64,000 nt of DNA from Lytechinus pictus (lineage: Eukaryota), in contig NC_087251.1 of NCBI RefSeq assembly GCF_037042905.1, forward strand, positions 14,758,001-14,822,000. Reading direction: 5' to 3'. The position numbers and the translations under genes are program-made. Shown piece after piece: positions 15,001-24,680 of this stretch; position 1 is the first letter of the stretch, and each line of letters starts with the position of its first letter. The notes under the pieces were generated by a model, which searched no databases, had not been told where the DNA came from, and saw only the letters and a program-made list of their open reading frames with translations.

Positions 15001-18000
15001 TCCTCTTCTTATTATGAATAGAATAGTTGGCTCTAGGTTCAGAATAGGGGAGTTTGCTATTACATGCATATTCAAAGAACATGCTACTAGATATGTTGTT
15101 TATTTTAATTGTGAAATTCCTTGGCTTTGAATTTAGAGTTTTGATTGTTTTAAAGGGGAATCCAGCCTAGGCCATAAAATGATGTGTTGGGACAGAGAAA
15201 AATAAATTAAACAGAATGGTGAAAGTTTGAAAGAAATCGGACAAGCAATAAGAAAGTTATAGCTGCTTTAAAATTGAGATCACTAATACTATGTAGATTT
15301 CAAATTGGCAACTGGGTAAGTAAATTATGACAAGGGGCAAGGACAACTTTCCCATAGGCCATGTACTTTATTATCAGGGATTTGTGGTTTTCTCCTAAGT
15401 ACCCATTCCCCTGGGGCAGTAATCTAAATATAACCCAGGTAGTATATTGCTTTATGTCCTCATGGAAGAAAAATATAATTTGAAATAAAATTTTTGGGAA
15501 AAATGAAATTTTAGCAATAATATGTATTGGAGTACATGGAAGAGTAGTCCTTGCCTTACATCACTATGACATCACATATGCGGCCAATTTGAAGTCTCCA
15601 TGGGTATAGTGATTACCAATATTTACAACATTTAAAAATTCATAACTTTCTTGTTGTTTGTCCAATATTGTTCAAACGTTCACCTATCAACTTGTCTGAT
15701 ATTTCTTTTCCTTACAAAAACAAGTTTTTATTTGGGTTGGATTCCCCTTTAAAGCACCTAGTTCATACATACCAAGGTTTTTTACCAGACTACTAAGAAA
15801 GCATGAATGCCTGTGAGCAAGCAACCAGGGGACCAACGGCTTAAGATCCTCTCCGAGGGACCTGGTAATGAGGATAAATGCCTTACCAAAGGGCACTAGC
15901 GCACTACTTGGGAATCGAACCCGGGTCACCAGAATCCGAAACCCTTGCTCTACCGACTGAGCTATCGCGCATTATACAAAAAAAATGTCCTTTCCCTTGC
16001 GATTCAAACACAAAATACAAATAATGAAGTTGAGTATTATAACTTAATCTCAGTCTCCTGATTAAATCTTCTCTTACCTCTTCTTTGTCTCCTCATCTTG
16101 TTTGGCGTCATTTTTCTTGATGATATTCCAAAATTTCTTGTATTTGGGATAGGCTTTCAGCTCTGTTTCTAGTCTTCCCTGATGGCAAAAAATTAGAAAA
16201 AGGGTAAACTTTATATATATTCTCTTTTATATTTCACCTCACTAAACATGTACTTTAGAACAGATCGTTGCAGTACATCAGAGCCAAGACAACAGTAGAA
16301 TCCTTCCAGAAAGCATTCAAATATCATCTCTTCATCCTAGAAAAAACTTTCAACAATTCATCTATTGTACTTGATTATGTTCATATATATGTACTTTGTC
16401 AAGCATTTAGAGACTGATTTATATCACCATAATAAAGCAATGTACAAGTAAACATATAATATTTCATTTGTCTTTAACTGATGCAAAATTGAATTTCTAA
16501 AATGGAAAAAAAAAAATGTGATGTAACTTACCGGTAGAAGACACACCCACATTGGAAGGGATACCAGCCTCTGAACTTGCTCTCGTATCACATCAACTTC
16601 CTACAATTACAAAACATGTCAAGTGACATTTAATCAACATATCAGATTATCATGACATCCTTACAAAATAAGGCATCATCTTGCAAATAAAAGCTTTCTA
16701 GATCCATTGTAAATTGTAGAACAAAAGGATTATTATTTTTAAGCATATCTTTTTGGTACAGAGCCAGAGAAACTTTGTGAAAAATTCATGTAGATCGTCA
16801 CTATGATGATCATCACTATGTTGATCACTATGCAGATCATCACTTTAAATCATAATCATATTAATCATATTGCAAAATACATAAAATCCAACTCCCCAAT
16901 GACTCTGTAATGTGCAAAGTGATTATTCTTCATAATCTTAGAATTATATTCATCACCATCACAACAACCACCATCATAGGAAATATGATTTTTCTACAGG
17001 GATAACATAAAATGTTATTTCTTAAGTCAACTTTCTTTAATTTTTGTTCAACAACAGTCCTATTATGAAGTATATTCAATGAACAATCAATTAATCTCAT
17101 AGTAAAAACGAAACAAATCAAGGAGCCAGGTCTGCAAGGACAAATCAAAATCTAAAGTCAATAAAAAAAAGTACATGCCAATATGATGTCATTTAACTTT
17201 AAATGTCAGAAACTTATGTATTGTCAATATTTAAAGGATATGAATATCAATCAACATCATTGAAAAAACAACAATAACCCAAATTGCACTATGAACTGGG
17301 CACTCAGAAAAATCCATAAAGTAAAAAGAAAAAATACTCTTCACAATAGGGGCGGTTAACACAAAGCATAATGATTAATCACAGGAGTAATTAACTGATT
17401 ACATTGATAACCATGTACAAATCAATTGCAAGATTGTTCAAACAATTATAGCTTTGTGTTGCAAGGTTTCACCTACCAGACTGTTGAAACAATGAATGAG
17501 GAAGATGAGGAGTACTGTCCGTTCTCTCAGTGATATAGTAAGATCCTTTATGGCACCCAAGGTTAGCTTTAGAACTTGGTGGAAGAATGCTGGAAATTGC
17601 TCAGGTTTCTTCTTGCAAGCCTAGTAATTAAAATGTCAATGAATAAGAACATTGACCAGGTACTAAATACTACTCTTCAAATGTCATACCTTGAAGTACT
17701 ACATAGTAATAATAGCAATATTGTCAACAAAAGAATGCTCAAAATACCCAACAATTGTATAGACAGACAACAACAAAGACATAACAAACAGTATAGCATA
17801 TTTAAGTGTGACATCATATTTTTGCACTTCATCATTTTCATTTTTCATGATCATAGTTTTGGTAGCAGATGATAAAAAACCCTCCACACAGAAAATTTGG
17901 AATGAATCAGTACAATAGTGTTTCTCATATGTCATCACATTTAAGCTATGATCCCCAAAATGTTTGGGCTGCAAAGAGTATCCTTCATTGCATTTCTATG

Positions 18001-21000
18001 TGAATCTCAGCATAATTTATTCAATATCTTTTCACTTTGGAAAATCAATATCTTACAGCATTTCTCAAACACTTTCAGGCATTCTTTCCATTTTCAAATT
18101 CCATAATTAAGTCGGTGCAATCGCTTCCAAGTAGCACAGCCAATCAAGATCATTGCTGCATGCCGTTTTGCTCAAGACACAGAAGAAAACCACTCAGAAC
18201 TGTTTTTTCACATTTACAATCCATCGCAAAACTCCATGTTACGGGTCCGAAAACTGAATTTTATCTTTAATGTGCAGATTGCTACCAGAGTAAATGTCTT
18301 GTCAAATGCTAAAGAGTATGAAGTACATGTGGACTATCTATACTCCAACATGACCGAAATATCATGGAACCTCATCAACAACAACAAATAAATGTTTTCA
18401 TAATCTCACCTCCCATGCTGGAACACCTTCTCTGAATTTCTCATTTATCATGACTGCAATCGAAATCAGATGACTGGAGCTTGACTGAAACACACACAAA
18501 AAAAAATTCATTCATCAACTTTCAAAATGAATCATATGCAAAATATACAGCTATATAAAAACTTAGAGAAAGGGAAATTCACTGCTCAATTCAAAATGAC
18601 AGTGTGGTGGACTGCAGTGGAGCAATTTTCATTTGAGTTTTGCATGTGAAAAGTGACAACTTTAATTCATTCTTTCTTCACTTTCATTTGCCTTCTTAAT
18701 TTATAAGGTACATGCAAGAGGAGATACATGATGAGAGTGCAGTCTCTTTGGAATAGTATCAGAGCTGCCAACATTGGAAAGATAGAATCCAGTAGATTTC
18801 GCGGAGGTATGATTTTGTGAGGGAGCGGCGGAACGTTGTCCCACGGATGGGAGTTTTGGGTAGCAAAACACATTAAGAAACAACATTTGATAGTAACTGA
18901 CAGCTGTCTAAACCATCAAAAAAAATTCTGATAGATTAAATGCACATTAGAGAGAATTCATGAATTGTCATTGACTAAATATACACTTCAGGCAACACAG
19001 TAGATTTTTTAAATAATTTATAAAAGAATGCATTCAACATGAAAATACCTTTAATTGGCCAGAGAGGGAAGGGGCTGCAGTAGTGGTAAACATGGTAAAT
19101 GAGCTTTATATGTGGACTGTTTAAAGTCTCTGAGGGATTCCTGTGAAAATTGTCACACAGTCCCATTCCGCTTGAAAATTATCTTTATACTTCAAAACGT
19201 ATTTTGTCGTCTTGGTCTTGGATGACTCCATCTCCATGATCTCCATGGTCACTGGCGATGCGATTGTAGTGTGGATAAATCGGGGCGGGGCGTGCTTCGC
19301 ACAGCTCAGCCAGCCAGCACCAAGCTAGCTCACTCACGAAAGAGAAAATGTTCGTATCCGATCAACCCAAGTGAAAGTAGGCGAAAAAATCTCCACTTTG
19401 CTTCTGGTTCTTTAGGATTGTCAATAAAATTTTTCCTGAAACTGAAAGTCGGGGTGTAAAAGTAATCCACTTGTTAATCCCATCGTTGATCCACAGTTTC
19501 AGCTCGAATAAAGCGCACACAAGCTTACGAAAAATGCCTCTCAGTGCTCGTGAACTTCCCTTATCGTAGCTTCCTGGCGCAGCGCGGCCAGCTGGAGCCG
19601 CACCGGGGCGCATCGGGGGCCATGTGCATGGAGTACCGCTGAAGTGTTTTCATCACACACATTGCAGAACCCGGAAATAAAATGGCTTGTTAGAATACTT
19701 CACCAGTCGTTCAGTAAAATTATCTTCATTTACATTGGAAATCAATGTACGATTATACAAAAACTGGTAAAAGTTACTGGGTAAAATGAAAATGTGATAA
19801 GGAGGTTCCATGTGGGTGTTAGGGAGTTGAACATGCTAGACTCGTAAAACAGTCTTTTGTATGAATTTCGCAATTTAACAGCTAAAAATCCTGATTATCC
19901 AGGAGATTTTGGCATGAGGTCGGGAGAACGGGAGATTGGATCGCAATCCAGTATTCTCCCGCAGGATCCGGGAGACTTGGAAGCTCTGTAGTATGTACAA
20001 CAATTCATTTTAGAGTTTTAATAAACCATTATTTGTGTAGAAAGGCCTTTAACGTATATTTGACACATCTCGGCAAGTAAAAAAAAATTCACACAGCATA
20101 CTATTATTGTAAAAACAAGTTTTCATTTCCATCAATTGTGTCTTACCTTTTCAGAGTCATAGTTTGGCCATAAGTAGTTTTCAAGATATTGGCTGAACTC
20201 GAGCACCATGATACGACGCGCAGCAAACCTGCATGTAAACAAATGTTTAAACCATTAGAATTGTGCAAAGAAAATTGAGGGGGTACAAATAAATTGAGCA
20301 TTCTACATCACACAGGTGACAACTTGTTTTTTATTGATCACACCTTTATAATTTTCTTATCATCTTCTAATTATTTTTATGTATATTCAATCAAACTCAG
20401 ACGTCTCTTTAACACAACCAATACATGAGTAAGGTAAACCTTAAACACTACTTTTTTCACATCATTTGTTTTAAATGAGATTCAATTAAATTCATTTTAT
20501 TTATTACATATATTGCAATTTCAAAACATATAACATTAAACACAGGTGGCAATTCAAGAAACTTGAGCGTTTTGAAGGTTCTCTCATACTGAAACAAAAT
20601 AACATAACAAATAAAAAATACAAATTATACAAAGAACAAAATGATAGTAGACTAAGAAACAAATTAAAATTTAAAAAAATAACATGTACAAGAAACAGAA
20701 AGTGCATATATTAACAGAATAGGCAAGAAATTTTGAATATGCATTTTATAGTCAGTGTCAAAGGAATTACAGTTTTTATTTCAGTGCTTGGACAAGTGAA
20801 GTGGTAATTGGTTAAGACTTTTAACAATACTGAAAATAACAAAGATAATCAAAATTTTAATGGAACATTTTTTTCCAATTTGGGGCATTACAAGAAACTT
20901 TTAAATTGCAATCAATTGCAAGTGAAATCAGAAAAAAATCCATTTAAAATCTCAAAATCTATTATAAATCATGCAATCATTTACAATTATGTAATTGACT

Positions 21001-21852
21001 GCTTGTCTCCTTCATCCCTAAAATGCTATCATATCGCTTGTATCGCATTCTATTAACCTTTTAACAAAATTCCCTTAGTGTCATTTTGATCTTACTTGTT
21101 CTTCAAGAGTTCTTTCTTGTAAACATCTTCAATCACCTAGTGAATAAAAGAAAAGAATACATACATCTTGACATTTAAAATCAGAAGCATTTTCTTAAAC
21201 ATTTTGAAGGGTTTTCAAAGATATTCATTTTGCGAGAAGGGTTTGAAATTATTACAATATGAATGGAAAATTACAAAAATGGCATAAAAAGACTGTCCAT
21301 ACTGTCATTTATTTTACGTGAATAAAATAATCTTCAAGCACAAATAATATCTGAATCATTTAAGTATGAATACTCTTGCTGCTTTCAACTTATAAACAAA
21401 CAGAACACCAATGATAGTCATTATGAGTTCATTTATTTACCTCTGTTTCTTCTCCTTTGTATGAATGTCCACTTCTTATAGGTAGGAATAATAGATTTCA
21501 CTTGTTGTCTTCAGTTTACATCTCTTTATTAAAATCCAGTACCTTAATTTAGTTTATAATCTCAGGGAATGGGTGGTAAGAACCAATAAAATGTATCATA
21601 CATCATTCCTGATTCATACACATTCTGGTACAATGGATTATTTTTATCAAAACAAAATGAAGAAGAGTTCTGCACAGCAATCATCTACTATTTTGGATTT
21701 ATTTATCTCCATATGCCTACCTTTGGATCATAGGCCAAGTGTGGTGTAGGACTATTTGGAGCCCAAAATCGACTGCCAAGCTGTGTCAAAAAGTCTGCAT
21801 TAAGCTGCTCCACTGTAGGAGCATAACTCTTCCTTTTCTGACTGCCACTCAT
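1..21852 (-). CDS. AQR: RNA helicase aquarius (intron-binding spliceosomal SF1 helicase), multi-exon, 3' end outside window
   Basis: 29 GT-AG bounded, phase-consistent exons. The spliced translation matches Aquarius as I recall it: N-terminal [67 protein letters not shown], Walker [29 protein letters not shown]. Individual exons are listed below. Confidence 0.97.
274..429. mobile_element. PIF/Harbinger-like MITE
   Basis: TIRs GGGGGCGTTTCAT / ATGAAACGCTCCC, flanked by CAG..CAG. Related copies at ~26543-26660 (inverted), ~48891-49020 and ~54568-54730. Confidence 0.75.
645..812 (-). CDS. AQR: AQR exon (VVARWEKFL...GMDIAE)
   Basis: AG/GT boundaries, 168 nt, phase 0-0. Confidence 0.93.
1678..1813 (-). 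CDS. AQR: AQR exon (YGRVNYVL...GHFYLYQ)
   Basis: AG/GT boundaries, 136 nt. Confidence 0.94.
2276..2385 (-). CDS. AQR: AQR exon ([36 protein letters not shown])
   Basis: AG/GT boundaries, 110 nt. Confidence 0.95.
2808..2918 (-). CDS. AQR: AQR exon with Walker A ([37 protein letters not shown])
   Basis: AG/GT boundaries, 111 nt, P-loop motif. Confidence 0.96.
3204..3273 (-). CDS. AQR: AQR exon ([23 protein letters not shown])
   Basis: AG/GT boundaries, 70 nt, Q-motif. Confidence 0.95.
3732..3881 (-). CDS. AQR: AQR exon (ITFPEAEK...[12 protein letters not shown])
   Basis: AG/GT boundaries, 150 nt. Confidence 0.93.
3954..4335. repeat. Compound microsatellite / low-complexity tract (CAC, CGC, CAT, CTA, CTT units)
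   Basis: Consecutive trinucleotide runs inside an AQR intron. Confidence 0.9.
4429..4560 (-). CDS. AQR: AQR exon ([15 protein letters not shown]...VPPF)
   Basis: AG/GT boundaries, 132 nt. Confidence 0.93.
5108..5217 (-). CDS. AQR: AQR exon ([36 protein letters not shown])
   Basis: AG/GT boundaries, 110 nt. Confidence 0.95.
5361..5437. repeat. Tandem duplication of a 37-bp unit
   Basis: gtcagacaggaatagatttagctttatagactaaac occurs twice head-to-tail. Confidence 0.9.
5780..5949 (-). CDS. AQR: AQR exon (PEPKPDL...[10 protein letters not shown])
   Basis: AG/GT boundaries, 170 nt. Confidence 0.95.
6381..6548 (-). CDS. AQR: AQR exon ([10 protein letters not shown]...GEVIEE)
   Basis: AG/GT boundaries, 168 nt. 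Confidence 0.95.
6615..8423. mobile_element. Non-autonomous TIR DNA transposon, 6-bp TSD (hAT6-like, inferred)
   Basis: TIR CATACCTGCCAACC / GGTTGGCAGGTATG, flanked by ctgatg..ctgatg; aatcggaat subterminal repeats; CpG-rich interior. Confidence 0.8.
8876..8975 (-). CDS. AQR: AQR exon ([33 protein letters not shown])
   Basis: AG/GT boundaries, 100 nt. Confidence 0.94.
9605..9631 (-). CDS. AQR: AQR 27-nt micro-exon (PITSFSVVE)
   Basis: tacag acceptor, GAG|gtaag donor; fills the gap between WARMAQ and VSKPNIGE. Confidence 0.9.
10100..10200 (-). CDS. AQR: AQR exon ([16 protein letters not shown]...GGWARMAQ)
   Basis: AG/GT boundaries, 101 nt. Confidence 0.95.
10597..11000. mobile_element. Truncated Kolobok-like MITE (same family as 26742-27368)
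   Basis: Left end agggaagttcaccctgac matches the TIR of the 26.7-27.4 kb copy; internal blocks are shared. Confidence 0.6.
11036..11381 (-). mobile_element. tRNA-derived SINE
   Basis: Minus-strand A box (GGTGTAGTGG) and B box (GTTCGAATCCC), body motif ggtacccattt, AAT-rich tail; degenerate relative at ~52523-52668. Confidence 0.8.
11413..11505 (-). CDS. AQR: AQR exon ([30 protein letters not shown])
   Basis: AG/GT boundaries, 93 nt. Confidence 0.95.
11733..11853 (-). CDS. AQR: AQR exon ([23 protein letters not shown]...FYSGE)
   Basis: AG/GT boundaries, 121 nt. Confidence 0.95.
12126..12228 (-). CDS. AQR: AQR exon ([14 protein letters not shown]...FLLDLM)
   Basis: AG/GT boundaries, 103 nt. 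Confidence 0.92.
12845..12948 (-). CDS. AQR: AQR exon ([34 protein letters not shown])
   Basis: AG/GT boundaries, 104 nt. Confidence 0.94.
13272..13385 (-). CDS. AQR: AQR exon ([13 protein letters not shown]...HYDRISSLQ)
   Basis: AG/GT boundaries, 114 nt. Confidence 0.94.
13713..13826 (-). CDS. AQR: AQR exon ([17 protein letters not shown]...GKLFSE)
   Basis: 114 nt; uses the less common AAG acceptor. Confidence 0.92.
14387..14451 (-). CDS. AQR: AQR exon ([21 protein letters not shown])
   Basis: AG/GT boundaries, 65 nt. Confidence 0.94.
14835..14911 (-). CDS. AQR: AQR exon ([25 protein letters not shown])
   Basis: AG/GT boundaries, 77 nt. Confidence 0.93.
15154..15748. mobile_element. Kolobok-like MITE
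   Basis: TIR AGGGGAATCCA / TGGATTCCCCT, flanked by TTAA on both sides. Confidence 0.85.
15776..15970 (-). mobile_element. tRNA-derived SINE (same family as 32421-32606)
   Basis: Minus strand reads GCGCGATAGCTCAGTCGG (A box) and GGTTCGATTCC (B box); collinear with the copy at 32.4 kb. Confidence 0.85.
16078..16178 (-). CDS. AQR: AQR exon ([24 protein letters not shown]...)
   Basis: AG/GT boundaries, 101 nt. Confidence 0.93.
16532..16600 (-). CDS. AQR: AQR exon ([23 protein letters not shown])
   Basis: AG/GT boundaries, 69 nt. Confidence 0.94.
17477..17620 (-). CDS. AQR: AQR exon ([13 protein letters not shown]...LIHCFNSL)
   Basis: AG/GT boundaries, 144 nt. Confidence 0.94.
18410..18484 (-). 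CDS. AQR: AQR exon ([25 protein letters not shown])
   Basis: AG/GT boundaries, 75 nt. Confidence 0.94.
18760..19988. mobile_element. Non-autonomous TIR DNA transposon, 6-bp TSD (hAT6-like, inferred)
   Basis: TIR CAGAGCTGCCAAC / CTTGGAAGCTCTG (11/13), flanked by tagtat..tagtat; cgggaga subterminal repeats; CpG-rich interior. Confidence 0.8.
20147..20228 (-). CDS. AQR: AQR exon ([27 protein letters not shown])
   Basis: AG/GT boundaries, 82 nt. Confidence 0.95.
21096..21136 (-). CDS. AQR: AQR exon ([13 protein letters not shown])
   Basis: AG/GT boundaries, 41 nt. Confidence 0.92.
21721..21852 (-). CDS. AQR: AQR first coding exon ([32 protein letters not shown]...YDPK)
   Basis: ATG directly follows a cag acceptor, so an upstream exon is needed; AAG|gtaggc donor. 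Confidence 0.92.
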
Positions 21853-22769
21853 CTGTAAAATACAATCAATACAGAAAAATAGGTAAAAAGTGAGTACATA
21901 AATTGTTTTTAATAACATTTAATATTGTTGGCAATTCTAGCCCATTATTCAAACCTTTAGTTTCATTCCACTAACCTCATTTTCCCCTCATTTTCAAAAA
22001 TATTTTAAATGTTAGACACACAAGCCTTCATAAATTATATTGCCTGTTCTATACACACAAAAAAAAAGTCCCCCCTAAATCAAAATGCTATAACTTTTGA
22101 ACAGAATAATTTTTGAGATATAATATTTCGTAGGTGGTTTTTAACACTCACTAAGCAACTCCTGGGGGAAAATGAGATTGATCGGTTGGGTCATACACGA
22201 GTAATCAAAGATTGAATTAAAAATGACAATTTTTTAAAGTCACAAGAGTCGTTTTTCAGATAGTGTTAATACAAAGTTGGGCAAAGGTTGTTTTTTGTGA
22301 ATTTTATGGTGTTAACGTTGTTTTACTATCCATCATTTAGCCACTCCACACAAAATTTTGATAATGTATGTTCATGGTTGAGTGAGCACATTTTTTTTTC
22401 TCATAGGGGTTTATGGTAGTATCCTATGTAACTTGTTAAAACATGTTAAAATTGGAAAATGTAAGTGGCTCCCCTCCCCCAATTTCTCGGCACCTCCCCA
22501 CTTTCAACTTCTGGATCCACCACTGATTGGTCTATAAATTCAAATGATCCTGAGAAATTGTTAGGAAAAGAATACATTTATGCAGTAAAAAGAGTATTAA
22601 TTCCTAAGTTTTTGAGTGTGCTCGCTCAACCATGACAGTGTAAAATGTTCGGAAAGTGTGTGGTGATAAAAACAACACAAATTAAGTTACATTTGAAACC
22701 GAATTTGCCCCCATTATTCACTTTATAACCCCTCAAAATGTGTATGTGACATTAAAATAATGTCGCACC

Positions 22770-22940
22770 AACGCATAATGTCACAGATTGCGACTTTATG
22801 CCAAGAGCGTCCGACGCATGTCGCAGTCAACGCATAATGTCGTAGTTTTTCTAACGCATAACGTCACATGTCGCAACGCATAATGTCGCAGCAAAGTGTC
22901 AACGCATAATGTCACATGTCGCAACGCATAATGTCGCAGC
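22770..22940. repeat. Minisatellite of aacgcataatgtc(a/g)ca units
   Basis: About 6 interspersed copies. Confidence 0.85.
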
Positions 22941-23101
22941 GGTTTTTGCTTCAGGACCGTCGAGTTACAGATAAGATATAAAATATGATTTAACTCAGTA
23001 TATTATTCAAATACTTTCATCTGAATATTTTGAAAAGTGTGTGCGAGGGTGTGTGAGTCAGTGTGGTGGAGGAATAAACAGTATATATACATGTATATAT
23101 A

Positions 23102-23620
23102 CAGTGCGTCCCACAAAAAACGAAACCGAGATTTATCATAACTTAATCACAAATACAATAGACAAATGACCTACCATTGTAAAGCTTAGAATCTCCTCTT
23201 TCATCTGGAATTACTTAGATTATTTCTCATTCACAAATGAGTGAGCAAAAACAATTTGAAGAGGGGATACCTAAAAGTCATTTGGCGGGCTGTATCTGGG
23301 TTTCAAAACGAAAACCCCATTTTTAAAAAGTTCAATATCTGCTCTTTAATTTGATACCTCTATTACAGAAAATGGTCAAGAAATAACAAAGTTCTGGTTA
23401 TTTGAAATAAGGCTTGAATTTCAATAATTTCATAAAATGAAGAGGTTTTACAGGCTAGCGTTCAAACTCACTCGACACTCCGTTTTGTTGACGATCAGCC
23501 ATGCATTAAGTCTTTTGTTAACCATGCGATAGCTTCTGTGGGGAAACCGGTGAAAACACGTTTATCTAATGAAATTATGGAAATACAAGCATAGTTTCGA
23601 GGGAACATAACTTTTTTACT
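23102..23620 (+). mobile_element. Tc1/mariner-type MITE left arm
   Basis: TA|CAGTGCGTCCCA terminus; an inverted diverged partner lies at ~24690-24889. Confidence 0.7.
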
Positions 23621-23774
23621 TCTCGACCAACCAAAAAATTACTTTTTTTCTTTCCAGGGCTCTTTTTGGAGAAACTTAAAAATTTTCCAGGGCTACTTTT
23701 TTATTTTCCAGGGCTCTTTTTCCACTTTCCAGGGCTACAATTTCTGGAGCTATTTCGCGGCTTTTTTGCGTTTG

Positions 23775-23812
23775 TGTGTGTGTGTGTGTCTGTGTGTGTG
23801 TGTGTGTGTGTG
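23775..23812. repeat. (TG)n microsatellite
   Basis: Direct read. Confidence 0.95.
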
Positions 23813-24142
23813 TCACATTGAAGGGATGCTGGTCAGCAGTGCAGGGCTGCTCTGCTGCAGGCTCTGCTTTAACAAGATGTACTGTACATGCGGTGCGTTC
23901 AACGCTAGCGGGCGTGTATATTTTGCTTATTACATGACGTCATCCAGCCACTGCCGAGAGCCAATTTATGAATGAAAATATAGTAAGCATGCGCAGTGCA
24001 AGCCTTCCATAGCCCCACACAGTATTCCACCAAAACAAGTGTACAATACTCTATCACCTCGCACCAAAATCGACCTAGAATTTCACTTTCCTATAATTTA
24101 TATGAATTATGAAAGGTATTCTCGGAGGATCTATTTTCTCAC

Positions 24143-24680
24143 CGATACCGAACAGGTAAGCGAATTTCGATTACTTCTTGATTTTCGGTCAAAATCTTAC
24201 GAATTAGCGTTGATATAGCATCGTGGAGTTTGTAGAGTCTATCGCAACGTGTACAAAGTCAATTGATTTCCGGGTTTCGGATCCGGAGCGTCGCGTGAAT
24301 ATGCATGAAATTGCCGAGTCTCGATAATTTTCGATCGATACTGGAGCGATCCGATCACGAACCAAGACCATTTCCCGCGTAGACAATGTGACCGGATATC
24401 GTTATCGCTATCGATACTTTCGCACGCAGTCCGAAGGAATTATTTTGGCGACCACGTAGTCATGACGTGATCTGCGCGATTGGCCAATCAGCGGTCTCCG
24501 ATTCGCTGAGCCGAGACGGTCTATTCGTTGTACACAGTCTATGGACAATTTGCCACTGTGAAATATACAGTGTTGACGGGGGCGATTATGAGTTTTGCAG
24601 TCGCCCTCGTGTGAATGTTTTTAGTCCTTTTCTGGGGCTCTTTTTGGACTTTCCGGGGCGAATTCGCCCGCCGCCCCCGT
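24143..24680 (-). promoter_or_regulatory. Probable AQR non-coding exon 1 and CpG-rich housekeeping promoter
   Basis: Minus-strand donor CG|GTGAGA at 24143/24142. CpG-dense stretch with an ETS-like atttccggg (~24267), E2F-like TTTCCCGC (24371), DRE-like TATCGATA (24409), CRE-like TGACGTGA (~24463) and back-to-back CCAAT boxes GATTGGCCAATC (24478-24489). TSS is inferred, not shown. Confidence 0.6.

Noticed and set aside
24151..24161. Plus-strand donor CAG|GTAAGC inside the AQR exon 1 region
   Set aside because: No supporting plus-strand exon structure; a single motif is insufficient.
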